Assembly: GCA_951406725.2 (NCBI GenBank)
Contig: OX597840.1
Span: forward strand, 21,576,001-21,640,000
Reading direction: 5' to 3'
From: Octopus vulgaris
Lineage: Eukaryota
DNA length: 64,000 nucleotides
Shown here piece after piece: positions 50,056 to 63,642 of this stretch. The position numbers and the translations under genes were made by a program. How positions within the stretch are numbered: the first letter of the stretch is position 1; every line of letters begins with the position of its first letter. A model generated the notes under the pieces. It saw only the letters and a list, made by a program, of their open reading frames with translations, did not search any database and had not been told where the DNA came from.

Positions 50056-51728
50056 GGTGGTGAGCTGGCAGAATCATTAGCACACTGGGCAAAATACTCA
50101 GTGAGTAGTATTTAGATCATGAGTTCAAATTCAACTGAGGTTGACTTTGCCTTTCATCCTTTCAGGATCAATAAATTAAGGACCAGTGAAACACAGGGGT
50201 CAATGTAATCAACTAGTCTCCTCCCTCAAAATTTCAATCCTTCTGCCTTTAGCAGAAAGGATCGTTATTGTTGTCATTAAGGAATCGTTAGCACATCAGT
50301 ATTCCTTCTGGCTGTTTAATGCTGCCAAGGTCAACTTTGCCTCTCGTATTTTTTAAGGTCAATAAAATAGATACCAGTTGACTACTGGGGTCAATATGAC
50401 AGGACAGAAATCATTGTCATCAGAGTTTCAAATTTTGATCCAAGGCCAGAAATGTTAGTGTATGCCTGTCAGGGGTGCAGGGATCAAATCTTATCATAGA
50501 CATATCCCTTGGGCAAGTACTGTTTCTCTTGACAGTCAACACTGAATGTGTGTGTGTGTATAACTTTACCTTCTGTTCGCTAATTAGTTTCAGAGTTCAC
50601 TTATTTTGATACATTTGTATTGTATTTAGAAACATGAGTGCTGTTGTTTCTAGCAAACCTATTTACTCACTGCTATCCAAAACAGTTCAAATTTCTTCTC
50701 TCTGCAGAATGGTTGCACATGATGCATTAGTACTCAGGTTTCTCTCCCCACCCATTGTTTTGCAAATTTATTTGAATTTGTGAGTTTTTATTCACCCTTT
50801 GCCTGTCCAGGGCATTCTTACACGTGTTTCCAGACTTTTAGTTGGCCCTCATTTCATACATTCTGAGTAATATAAAGTTCTCCTTCGTTAAGTCCCAAGT
50901 CACTTGGTGGTTAAAAAATAATTAGGAATGCTTGTCATATACGATGCACGGAGGCCCAGGGAATACGTCCTGTGCATCACATGTGATGTATAGGACACGG
51001 AAAGGGCTAAAGAATTTTGGCCAACACATACCACTGCCAGTTCCTCAGGCTTTTGTTTTTATTTGAAGTTTAGTAACCCTACATGGGCATTATTGTTCTG
51101 ACCCAAGTAAACTTAACATCAAAAGGCCTTTCCAAATTGACCATCCTGTCTTTTCAGTTTTAGGGATATTTTATGTTTAAAATCACATTTTTCAAATATG
51201 TCCCCTTTTTTTTTTAAAAAGGATTTCACTGATGTTTCTTGCAAGTCAAGTGACCAGACAGTAACTCCTTTGTAGCTCAACCATTTATTTAATAAAGGTC
51301 ATTAAGATTAGGGTCCTCTTCGTAGCCAACTGTAAATCATTGTGTGTAAGACTATGAGAACAATACATAGATTAATACTGAAAGTGCCTTTGTCACAGCT
51401 GATATTCCTGATGTGTTCCTGTGTTTGAGATTGTCACAGTTTAAGCTCATATTGGGTTGGGTTAGGCATCGAATTTCACAGGAAATAGGGGGCAGGGCTG
51501 GCATTTTCAATTGTGTTTCAGATAAAAACAGAAGACTATATATATATATATATATATAACACTAAATATACTGTGTGTGTGTGTGTGTATTCTCATTAAT
51601 GTTACGTTTGGGTATTTGTGTCTGCGTATTCATAACAAGAAGCAAAGGAACATACAATGATATATATATATATATAAACGGTTTTTATTTCTTTTCAAAC
51701 TGTACAGACTTTCTTATGAGAAACACTG

Positions 51729-52001
51729 ATGTATATGTATGTATGTATGTATATGTTTGTATGCATATGCACACATGCAAAAATTGTGTGTGTGTATATA
51801 TTTAAATATATTATATATATGTGTGTGTTTTTGTATATATATATATGTGTCTGTATGTATATATATGTATATATATATATGTGTGTGTGTGTATATGTGC
51901 GTGTATATATATATATATGTGTGTGTGTATATGTGCGTGTATATATATATATGTGTGTGTGTGTATATGTGCATGTGTATATATATATGTGCGTGTGTAT
52001 A

Positions 52002-52038
<37 letters not shown>

Positions 52039-52266
52039 GTATTGTATAAATATGTATGTGTATATATATGTGTATGTATATGTAAATATATGTATGTTTT
52101 TGTATTTATGTATATGTATGTGTATATATATGTGTATATGTATATGTATGTGTATATATATGTGTATATGCATATGTATGTGTATATATATGTGTATATG
52201 CATATATATATATATGTATGTATATATGTATGTATGTATGTCTATATATGTGTGTGTATGTATATG
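51729..52266. repeat. Compound (TA)n/(TG)n low-complexity tract
   Basis: Direct reading; source of several spurious ORFs. Confidence 0.95.
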
Positions 52267-54407
52267 TAATCATACATACACACTCATACATACAGGTTTG
52301 TTGTATGTTGTGTTGAGAGACCATAGTTTCATTCACAGAAATACACATACTTGTCTATGAGTGTGCACACATCTATATACATATATATATATATGTATGT
52401 GTGTGTGTATTTATTTTGCTTTGCCTTTGGAAACTGATTTGGCCCCTGCTGACATAATTCCTTCTTCATTGCAAGAGGGAGGATGACAATACTTATTTAA
52501 TTTCTCCTCTTCCTCCCCCAATCAATACTTACCAAGTGCTAACATCTGTCTGTCTGTCTGTCTTTGTTTTTGTCAAATTATTGTAATTCTCTTGTAATCT
52601 CTTATGATTCCTTTTGGCGTTAACGCTGCTTCTGTTGCTATTCTTTCTTCAATAATCCCACTGACCATTAGCAACACCAGTGCCTGAATAGACATTGATA
52701 CTCTCTGCATATTATCATTGACAGGAGATTTGGCTGTTATGTCTTGACTGGAGGTCTATCACTGGTGACGCCACCAAAACCGGGCAGAATCACTTGATCA
52801 GGCAGTTCTGCCAGCCATAGCAGATGGTTCTCCTCTGTCAATATAAATAGGAGTCCAGATGAGAAGTTCCCTCGAGATAAATAATGCAGTATTCTGGGTT
52901 CTAACACAACACTCAAGTTATGTTGGTGATGAAGGTTTCTTTTGGTGTTAGTTCTGCTCCTCTCACTATAAATTATTGGATATTTTTCCAGCATCATATA
53001 TACACACACATATACATACATGGTGGTGTATGCTTGAATATAAGATAGCTTAGAGTATAGGGTTCCCCTCTATTTTCTCCAGTATATTTTGTCAAATTAT
53101 CCCAGGATTGTTTTTGTAACTCCTCAATGATATAAAAAAAGGAACAATTTGTTATTTGAAACTTTCCAAAAGTATGAAATATCAGAATTTTGTTTTTTTC
53201 TAAGGGTTCAGTTTTTATGTAAAGAAAACCTTACCTGATATTCAAGCATGTTGAAGTATAGACATTTGAAAGGAGGCAAGCTGGTAGAATGGTTTGGGCA
53301 AAATGCTTAGGCAGCATTTCGTCCATCTTTACATTCTGAGTTCAAATCCCGCCAGGGTTAACTTGGTCTTTTTTTTTTTTTTTTTCCTTTCAAAGTTCAC
53401 ATCCCCCATCACTGGGGTCAATAATGTAAGTGACTGACCCCATCCCTCGAAATTTCTGGCTTTGTGTCAAAATTTGAAACCAATATTGTGCCCATGTGTG
53501 TTTTTGTGTTCAGTGTCTGAATGTGTGTTGTTGCTGTTTTGTTTTTTTTATTGCTGTCCCATGACCATCCCACGTAACGAATTTGTTATTAAGGTGGTGA
53601 GCGGGTGAAATTATTAGCATGCTGGACAAAATGTTGGGTGCCATTTCTTCTGGCCCTTTATGTTCTGAGTTCAGATACCGCCAAGGCCAACTTTACCTTT
53701 CATCCTTTTGGGTTCGATAAAATTAAGTACCGGTCACATACTGGGGTTGATGTAATCGACTACCCTGCTCCCTCTGTTGCTGGCCTTGTGCCAAAATGTG
53801 GAATCATTATTATAAGGCCAGTAGAGGGAGTAGGAGTGATATAGGACAGACTAAATCCCTTTGGGTATTTTGGTTACGTTCCTTTCTATTGTGAGTTCAA
53901 ATCCTGCTGAGGTCAACTTTGCCTTTTTATTCTTTCTGGTGTCAATAAAGTAAATACCAGTCACGTATAGGGAGTCAATTTAATTGATTGTTCCTCTCCC
54001 CACATTATTCCTTGTGCCTATGTAAAAAAAGAAAATTCTTATCATAACTAAGGGAAGCGGTGGAGCGACGGAGCTGCTGGTGCCAAACACAATGTTTTTA
54101 TTTAGCTCTCTTCTTTTACTTTCTGGTTTCAAATCCTGCTGGGTTCGACTTGGCTATTCATTGCTCCAGAGTTGATAAAATTAACCTTTAGCATACTGAA
54201 GGCGAGTCATGTCGCTGTATGAGTTCTCTCCCCTGTAGCTGCAGGTGCATTGTGTCACTACCGAAAGGGGAGAAAACTTGTACAGCAACATGCTGCACCT
54301 ACAGTGTGCTTAAGGTTAGAGGCATGTTCCATTATTACCGAGTTTAATCAATTGATAGTACACTTTCTCTGTGGCTTTGTGCCAGTGTTATGCAAATGAG
54401 CATTAAA

Positions 54408-54439
<32 letters not shown>

Positions 54440-54619
54440 GATATCTATTAAAGGTGGTGGAGTGACAGAAACAAGTGTATCAAACAAAATGCTTTGCTGG
54501 TTATCATTGCATTCCTTTATATTCTGAGTTCAATTCCCACTGATGCCGGTTTTTTTTTTTTTTTTTTTTTTTTTTTATCCTTTCCTATAAATGTATCAAA
54601 AAGGAAGCTGCTGATATTT

Positions 54620-54650
<31 letters not shown>

Positions 54651-55033
54651 ATTGCTGCTGTTGTTTTGTTTGAACACTTCTGACCTCAACACTGCCCCCC
54701 CCCCCCCGATATCAGGCTCGATGTAATTTTCTTTCTTTCTTTCTTTCTTTTTTTTTTTTGTTTCTTCCCCTTGACCCCCCTATTCTTCTTGCTCCCCATC
54801 TTTCCCCCCCTACTCTCTTTCTTCCTTCCTGCCCTACTTTCTACAAGTTTATGGAACAATTTGGTACTGATTTCTCTACCACTACCCCCCACTCCTGACA
54901 AGACCCTGATGATAATCTATAACAGATCAAATGAAGAGTCCAAAGAGAGAAAGAGAATAAAACTGTATCAAGGATTTAAATAATTGAAGCAAAAATGAAT
55001 CTTTTAAAAAAAACAACTGTATATTAAAATTTA

Positions 55034-55100
55034 AATAAAAAGTTTTCAAAAATAACAATTTCTTGGTGGGGTTCTGTTTTTTTTTTGTTGTTGTTATTGT
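55034..55100 (+). terminator. Candidate polyadenylation signal
   Basis: AATAAA at 55034-55039 with an upstream TGTA and a downstream GT/T-rich tract. Confidence 0.3.
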
Positions 55101-55517
55101 ATCTTTTATCTTTTACTTGTTTCAGTCGTTAGACTGTGGCCATCCTGGGGCACTACTTTGAAGAATGTTAGTCAGATGGATCAACTCTAGTACATTTTTT
55201 AAAGCCTGGTACCTATTCTATCAGTCTCTTTTGCCTAACTGCTAAGTTGTGGGGATGTAAATATACCAACACTGGTTTGATAGTGGTAATGAGGAACGGA
55301 GACACAAAGACACACATTTAATGATGGGCGTCTTTCAGTTTCTGTCTACCAAATCCATTCACAAGGCTTTGGTTGGCCTAAGGTGCCATGCAGTGGGACT
55401 GAACCTGGACCCTTGTGGATGAGAAGCAAACTTCTTACCACTGAGCTATGACTGCACCCATAACAAAATTACTCATTAAAATCTTAATTGTTTTAAAAAT
55501 TAATTGAAATCAAAGTA

Positions 55518-55745
55518 ATGGATGCGGACAGCTGTGTGAAGAAGTTCCGATCTCTACCAGTGGAAGGAAGCTGTGGATGAGGGAGACCCAGGAAGACATG
55601 GGGTGAGGTGGTGAAGCATGATCTTCAAGTGTTGGGCTTCGTGGAAACAATGACTGGTAACCAAGATATTTGGCAATATTCCATGCTTGTGCAGACCCCT
55701 CAAAGTGAAATCATAGTTGGGGCTGTTGTTGGTGTCATGTACCAG
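55518..55745 (+). mobile_element. RTE-type LINE C-terminal fragment (decayed)
   Basis: MDADSCVKKFRSLPVEGSCG*GRPRKTWGEVVKHDL; in-frame stop. Confidence 0.75.
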
Positions 55746-56154
55746 TTGCCTGCAAAAAGCACCTTTTGAGCATTGGGCCCCACGGAGGCAATGTGGCTAA
55801 TGCTGGTGTCACAGAACTTAGCAACCATGCCAGTGGAACGTAGTTTCTCAACTTGGAAAGACTCCCTGGCCTCTGAGCTATCGATGTGATGGTCACTCCC
55901 ATCGGTTTTAATATATAAATGTTTGAAGGACTTCAAGAGAATGAAAGAAAGAAAGAAGAGAAGAAACAGTAAGAAGCTGCATTCTGTTTGTGATGAATGC
56001 ATGTAATTTGAGTCCAGGAATGGATTTTGCTATGAAGTCGCAATGAGGACAATGAAGATTTTACTTGTGTCTGTTGATTGTAGAATATGGTTCTTCTATT
56101 GTTTGGATGCATCATGAGACATTTTACACCACACAGATCAATCTAGGCAATGAC

Positions 56155-56334
56155 TTAGTTAGTTAGTTAATTTTGGCTCAAAAGCAAAAAGCAAGGCCAT
56201 GTAGGGGGACATGGAGTTAAGTACAGGGTGGTGTTCATGTAAAGAGTTCAGGCCACTTGAGGTCAAGGGAGACTTTGAACAAAGCAGTCGTCGGCATCTT
56301 CACCATCTCGTCAGGCAGCTTGTTCCACGGATCT
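56155..56334 (-). mobile_element. CR1-type LINE 3' end
   Basis: DPWNKLPDEMVKMPTTALFKVSLDLKWPELFT* then a short UTR and (TAAC)n tail. Confidence 0.75.
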
Positions 56335-56580
56335 TTTCCAAGATGTCAGGTTAAGCTGTAGAGATTTTAGGGATTGCTTCAACTTATCCTTATACCCAAG
56401 GAGAGGTCTTCCATTGTCACGATGTCCCTCCACTTGTTGGCCATACACAAGAATTTTCAGAATGCAGCCATTTTTCATTAAAGCACCATCTCCTACCCAT
56501 CCACACTGAATTCTCATCAGCGTGATTTGGATCCTGGAGATATCACGTTTTTCTAAGATTATGGCATTGGTTATACACCC
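56335..56580 (-). mobile_element. RTE-clade LINE ORF fragment (decayed)
   Basis: LMRIQCGWVG...ILKILVYGQQVEGHRDNGRPLLGYKDKLKQSLK matches the RTE RWxGH...PKxxLYGEL..GRPxxRYKD pattern. Confidence 0.75.
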
Positions 56581-56803
56581 CATTGAATAACGTTACACCA
56601 AAGACCCTTCAAATTGGTAAAATGGCATAAAATCAGTTGAACAAATTAAGGGCTGATCTAGAGAATGACAGACACAAAAAAAATATTCATATAATAAAAT
56701 CAGCTTTCAAAAAGAGAGGCTTGGCTGTTGTGTCTAGCATGTTGAGCGACCACATAGAGGCTCCCTAATCGGCTTATGCTGGTCGTGACACTGTTTAACC
56801 CAA

Positions 56804-56804
<1 letters not shown>

Positions 56805-56862
<58 letters not shown>

Positions 56863-57145
56863 ATTTGCCTGTCAATCTATTTATTTAGCTTTCTGTGTTT
56901 ATCTGAACGCCTGTCTCTCTGCTGTCTAATGGCCCATCTCTATTTATCTATCTATCTATCTATCTATCTCTATCTATTTATCTATCTATCTATCTCTCTA
57001 TCCATCTATCTATCTATCTATCTATCTATCTGTTTGTCTATCTATCTATCTCTCTATCCATCTATCTTTCTATCTATCTATCTCTTTATCCGTCTATCTA
57101 TCTATCTATCTATTTGTCTATCTATCTGTCTGTCTGTCTATTTGT
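56805..57145. repeat. (CT)n and (TCTA)n microsatellites
   Basis: Direct reading. Confidence 0.9.
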
Positions 57146-57950
57146 ATGTGTTTCTCTCTCTTCCTCCCTCTCTCCCTTTTCTCTGCATCTGTTTACCTAG
57201 ATACCTATCAATATATTTTCGATCGATCACACATCTATCAATACTTACTCCCCCCCCCCAACTCCAGTTTCCATTCACATTTACACGTGGCCAGCAGATG
57301 TGTCAGCCGTTCACACGGCGATCACTTCTCTCTACTACTACTAATACTTCATCACCATCATCATCTACAGCTACAATACTTCATCACCATCATCATCATC
57401 TACAGCTACGACATCGAGTTAACAAGGAAGCCTTTACGAGGTCACTCGAGTAGCTAGAAATAGCAGCTAGCTCTCCCTCAAATCATCCACGCCCACATTA
57501 AGTAATGCAAGTCCTGCTTTCACTACATATCGGGGGAAAAACAAAATAGATAAATGCAGGGTGTCCACGGCTGGAATGTCTTTGATCATAGGTGTGTGTC
57601 GATCAGGGCTGACCTAGGGCTGAACACCACCACCACCGACGACATCTCGGTTCTCGCTTCTGTCGCTTCGACTCCATTTCGCTGTAGCAGTCGAAACAGC
57701 CTGTTTCAGCGATCACCACAACAACGCCGACGCCGTTCACCTCCGACTCGACTTCGGTTAATTCCGTTTATTGCACGCACTCAATGTCGGAGCCAGTGAC
57801 CGAGCCGGCACAACCAACGCATAGCAGCCGAATCTTGTTTGCTGTGCTGTTTTGCTTACTTATTGAAGGACTCTCCTAATTACCATCACAATTAAAACAC
57901 AAAATAAATCGGATAATTAAATATTGTTTATTGTATATTAGTTATTAGCT

Positions 57951-58292
57951 AAGGCGGCGAGCTGGCAGAACCGTTAGCACGCCGGGCGAAAGGCTTAGCG
58001 ATATTTCGTCTGCCGCTACGTTCTGAGTTCAAATTCCGCCGAGGTCGACTTTGCCTTTCATCCTTTCGGGGTTCGATAAATTAAGTACCAGTTACGCACT
58101 GGGGTCGATGTAATCGACTTAATACCTATGTCTGTCCTTGTTTGTCCCCTCTGTGTTTAGCCCCTTGTGGGTAATAAAGAAATGGGTATTTCGTCTGCCG
58201 TTACGTTCTGAGTTCAAATTCCGCCGAGGTCGACTTTGCCTTTCATCCTTTCGGGGTAGATTAAATAAGTACCAGTTACGCACTGGGGTCGA
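57951..58292 (+). mobile_element. SINE family B, full length plus tandem partial copy
   Basis: 57951-58186 complete; 58186-58292 repeats the GGTATTTCGTCTGCCG...GGGGTCGA portion. Confidence 0.88.
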
Positions 58293-59408
58293 AGAGCATT
58301 GTCAACACACTCCACAGCAGCCGATTTTGCTGTCTAAGCGCAATCACAAGAAGAAAAGAAAAACTCTCCACATAGTGTCTTCCTCTACTAGAAATAGCAG
58401 TTAAATCTTCCTCGAATCCTATACTACCGTCTTATAAAAACGGAAAGAACACTTGATAATGTAGTCGGCTCCAGAAAGTTCTTTAACATCAGGTTACTTT
58501 GTCAAATACAATTCTTGTGTATTCACCTTGTTTTGAATTGATCGTGGCTTATTCCACAGGTTTGAGACTTCGATGAAAGGATTGTTTGTTTTGAACATGT
58601 CATTATAGGATGGGTGTAAGATATCGGATTTGTCTGGTTTGAACTATTTGAGGTGGAGAAATAGCGAGCTTGTGGTGTCTTAAGGTGGAATACCTCTCGT
58701 ACACGAGCAGAAGTAGTGGGGGAGCATCATAGCCATGTGTTGAGAGGGAATCTTTAGGGTTTGAATAATTCACCTTTGGAAACATGAGTGTTTCGTTCCT
58801 CATCCTTAACCAATCCTTATTCAGGGACCTTTTGAGCGGGATGGGTTACTCGACCAGAAGAAAATTTTAACTGGGCCCCACCTGGAAGGTCAGAAATCAC
58901 CATATCGCGCACATAGGGTTGTGATGCATGTGCCTGGTGTACCCTTATCAGACGGGTGGTCATGATGGGTATACTGGGCTTCGTATATTTGTACCCCAGT
59001 GTCACTTTGATGGCATGCACTGCTCTCTCACTCAATAATAATTATAAGAATACTGAAATTATTGTGTATAATGCTCAGGTGCACTACAACACATCAAAGG
59101 TGCATGCCTGTTCGATCGAGGACTGAAATTATGGCCACGCTCCAGTGCTTTCACTGAATATTTACTTGTCTCTGTTGTACCTTGTCCTGACGCCTCAACG
59201 ATTGCGAAACTCGGAGCCAGTTCCCCCCCCCCCCTCCATGCACACCCTCAACACAGTAGCCGATGACACGATATAGCTTTACTTTCTCCATAACCACTGC
59301 TGCTGTTCTTGCTTTCGGTTTCCTCCGTATTCTTTCCATCCTCACAAAATAAATCTCATTCAGAGCCAGTTGCCACCAAAGTAGCCGGCGCCTTCACTCA
59401 CTCAATAA

Positions 59409-59795
59409 CTCTCTCTCTCTCTATCTCTCCATCACTTTCTCTTCTCTCTCTTTCCCTCCCTCCATTTTTCTCCTATCTCTTTCCTTCTCCTCTTCTTTCT
59501 CTTATCTCCCTCCCTGTCTCTTTCTCTCACTCGTTCTCTGACTCTTACTCTATCTCCCTCCCTCCCTCTTTCTCTCTCTCTCTCTTTCTCTATCTCCCTC
59601 CCTATTTCTTTCTCTCCTTCTCTCAATCCTTCTCCTCTTTCTTTCTTTCTCTCGTTCTCTGACTCTTTCTCTTATCTCCCTCCCCCTCTCTTTCTCTCAC
59701 TCGTTCTCTTACTCTTTCTCTATCTCCCTCGCTCACTCGTTCTCTTACTCTCTCTCTCTATATATATATATCGCTCACTCTTTCTATCTCTCTCT
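59409..59795. repeat. Polypyrimidine (CT-rich) tract immediately upstream of the second gene
   Basis: ~385 bp almost purely C/T with an internal duplication. Confidence 0.9.
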
Positions 59796-59807
59796 GTTTG
59801 CCTGTTG

Positions 59808-59819
59808 CAACATGGCGGC
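59808..59819 (+). promoter_or_regulatory. YY1-type motif overlapping the start codon
   Basis: CAACATGGCGGC matches consensus CAANATGGCGGC; locally CpG-rich. Confidence 0.65.
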
Positions 59820-59944
59820 CAAGAAACGCAAGGGTTTCGCCGCTTCTGACCAAAATCACAAATCGTCGCGGCTGGAATCAAAGAAAGTCCGAAAATCTTC
59901 GACTGCCAACGACCTGGTTTATTACATTGCTGTCTTCACGATCG
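59812..59944 (+). CDS. Probable first coding exon of an unidentified membrane-protein gene
   Basis: Strong Kozak AACATGG; MAAKKRKGFAASDQNHKSSRLESKKVRKSSTANDLVYYIAVFTI; donor G|GTGAGC (phase 1); CpG-rich. Confidence 0.7.
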
Positions 59945-61339
59945 GTGAGCTTGGATTTACGCCTGTAATTTCATAAACCTTTCATTTGTTGCATGCATGT
60001 ACAGACACCTTGCATCGCCAGGGACACTACGAGACCGTCCAACACGCTAGAAACAACAACCAAATCTACCGTCTTTAGAAATTCTAAGATGCGTTGGACA
60101 GCGTAGTCCTAAATAAATAACATGGGTTGATATCACTGCTGAAATACCTTTAATTATAAGCCTGTTCGATCCTGGCTGACTTGGGGTTTAACAAGAACAT
60201 CATCCACATCTATACATGCACACGTGTGTGTGTGTGTGTGTGTTTGATGATAGATCTCTCGGATGCTGTGAGATGCATCGTTGATGATGTTCTTGGGGGT
60301 TCTGGTGATGTTTCGAGTCTTTGATCAGCAGACCCCTTGCACTGTTGACCCAGCCGGGGGGTTAATTTAGTCCCAACTTGCACCCTAACAGCAAACAAAC
60401 CATCCTTCAATGTGTGTGTGTGTGTGTGTGTGTTATACTCTTACACATGGTTTGGAGTCAGAAACATGATTTTATGAGAGAAGGGAAATAATGGGGACAG
60501 ACTATTCAGACTTTTAATCTAATTAGTTCTTTAAATAATTACTTCGTCTCTCTCTTCCTCTTCCTCTTTGTGTTTCCGAACTAAATAAATTACGGTTTCA
60601 AGTTTCTTACTAAATGGTTCTGGGTTCGAATCGTCGTCGTTGCCTTTTTGTCTTTTATCCTCAGGGATCAGCCATCGTCTCTATTTTTATCCAAAGGGTT
60701 TTTCGGGGTTTGTTTTTTAACCCAATATTTGCACTATGTTTTTTTCTTTATAGCGTTATGTGCTTCGAAACAGACCATTCCAGAAAAAAAAAAAAAGAAT
60801 TCTATAAGCACCAGCCCCTATCAATTAAATCCTGTCTCCCTTTTTTTTCAGGATTAACTCTATACAGAAGATGAAGAATCTTTTTCTGTCAAACAGTTTC
60901 ATTTTCTTTGCTTTGTTTTTGTTTTTTGGTTTTAGACAAATCACCAAAGACGCTCCCCTCCACCAACGACCACCACCTCCAAAAAACTCAAAATTTTCTT
61001 TTTCTTTTCAATCTACAAATTTACTTGCTTCTTATGCCTTTTCCATTATTGTTAAGACATTCTTGTCTCTGCGACATTCTTCTCAAGTGTGTATTAGCTG
61101 CTTGTTTTCCTCCTTATCAAATTATTTTAAATTATTATAACCCTGGTCAGTGAATGATTATACATACATTAATATGTATGTGTATATATATATATATACA
61201 TTTAGTGAATTGGTGTATAAACATCATGAAATGCATCCACGATCTTTAAGAATTCAATTAATAACATTTCGCTTAATTCCAATACATTATTAGTGCTGAA
61301 AATTAAATTCTACTGGAATATACCCCCCCTCTCTCTCCA

Positions 61340-61370
<31 letters not shown>

Positions 61371-61694
61371 TTCTCTTTATGTATGTATGTATGAAGTAGC
61401 GGTTGTTATCGCAGGGTTTGCCATCGTGCTTACTCTAGCATAAATATAAACACACAAACTTTAGGCTATTTCTACCAACATATGATGCGACTTCCACTCG
61501 ATTTGATCTTTGCTCCTGAAAGTGTAATGTCTGTATTTTTAGATATTTTTGGATTTGAAAACAAATCGTGACGAGATTTATATCTGGATACTGAAAGAAC
61601 AGAACTATATTCTGAAAATCTGCTATCTTTTGTGGGTGTGTAGATATCACCCAACTAACAAACCCAGAATATATGCCATATCTGCCTGTCTATC

Positions 61695-61696
61695 CG

Positions 61697-61747
<51 letters not shown>

Positions 61748-61752
61748 CTCTG

Positions 61753-61787
<35 letters not shown>

Positions 61788-61804
61788 GTCTGTCTGTGTA
61801 TCTG

Positions 61805-61847
<43 letters not shown>

Positions 61848-62014
61848 CTCTGTCTATCTATCTATCTATCTATCTATCTGTCTGTCTGTGTATCTATCTA
61901 TCTGTCTATCCATCCATCCATCCATCCATCCATACATACATATAACTATCTTTCTGTTTGTATACCTACCTGTCTATGTATATATCTATCAATCTATTCA
62001 TCTATCAGTCTACC

Positions 62015-62072
<58 letters not shown>
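61695..62072. repeat. (TCTA)n/(TCCA)n/(CA)n microsatellites
   Basis: Direct reading. Confidence 0.95.
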
Positions 62073-62074
<2 letters not shown>

Positions 62075-63610
62075 GAGAGAGAGAGCAAGAGAGATCCGTC
62101 TTTCTATCAATGTGGGTGGCTCTGGTGATCCATTTCTGCCACTCTGAATTTCTTTCTTCATTTCAATTTACAAGACTAAAAGATGAACACACGCACACGC
62201 ACACACACATGTCTACAGAGTGCATGTGTACGTGTATACATGCACAATCCCAGTTGCCATTGATGTTGGGGGAAAGACATCCGACTCCTCAAATTTCCAG
62301 CTTTTCTCAAGTCTTTGGAAATGGCTTTGCTGATATTCTTTTACTCTTTTACTGGTTTCAGTCATTTGATTGCGGCCATACTGGAGCACCACATTGAAGG
62401 GTTTTAGTCTGAAAGATCAACCCCAGGACTTATTTCTTAAGCCTAGTACTTTTCTGTCAGTCTCTTTTGCTGAACTGCTAAGTTATGGGGACATAAACAC
62501 ACCAACACCATTTGTCAAACAGTGATGGGAGGGCAAATCCACTCACAAGGGTTTGGTTGGCCCAAGGCTATGGTAGAAGATACTTGCCAAAGGTGCCACA
62601 TGGTGGGATTGAACCTGGAACTATGTGGTTGGGGAGCCAGCTTCTTACCACACAACCATACCTGCACGTGTCATTTGTTTAACGTCTCTGTTTCCCATGA
62701 CAACTTGAGTTGGAGGGTTTGACAGGAGCCGAGAAGCCAGAGGACTGGGCCAAGCTCCAGCATCTGCTTTAGAATGGCTTCTACAGCTGGATGCCCTTCC
62801 TGACACCAACCACCCCACAAGGGGTACTGGGTGCTTTTCACATGGCACCAGCATACACACACACACACACACATATATATGGATGTATTGTATGAATGTG
62901 CAGGTAAAAACAAAAGAAAAAGTAATCCAATACACATTGGGGGTGTGTGTGTGGGGGGGCTAGTGGTTAGGGTGTTGCATTCACAATCGCTAGATCGTGG
63001 GTTCGATCCCTGGACGAAGCAGCATGTTGTGTTCATGAGCAAAGCACTTCATTTCTTATTGCTCCAGTCCATTCAGCTGAGGAAAGGGCAACCCTGCAAC
63101 AGACTAGCCTTCCAACCAGGAGAAATCTTGGCCTGCTTGCCTAACCAGCAGGGTGGCATTATTTGAAAGCTAAAACAAGGCAAAGCGCATTGTGACCAGC
63201 GTTGTATGACAATATCTGATAGTCCGGTTGATCACAAGCTCGTGTGATCAGTATGAACACATACATGTCTGTATGTGTGTATGCTTGATTCGAGTGGCCT
63301 ATAACTTGGGAGTTTTCTTGACATGTGGCCAAGTGCCAACCACCTGACCGTGTGTGAGAATCCCTTGACCGCCAGCAGACCATCACACCAATCCACTTCC
63401 TTTCAAAATCAGAAAATGGTCAATGCAAAACTCCTTCAAACTTTGCTTTTGTTACATTTACTCAAACCCCAAAGAATCTCTCTCCCAACACATGGCTGTG
63501 ATGCTCCCCCACTACTGCGTGGCACCTTGGGAAAATGTCATCTACTGTAACCCTTTGTGAGTGGATTTGTGAGACAGAAACTGAAAGAAGCCTGTTGTAT
63601 ATGTATAGAA

Positions 63611-63642
<32 letters not shown>

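Noticed and set aside
52737-53021. Minus-strand 94-aa ORF as an exon of a convergent gene
   Set aside because: No recognisable homology or clear splice sites
60665-61445. AG acceptors near 60664, 60851 and 61413 as exon 2 of the second gene
   Set aside because: Each reaches an in-frame stop within about 20 codons in the required phase with no convincing donor
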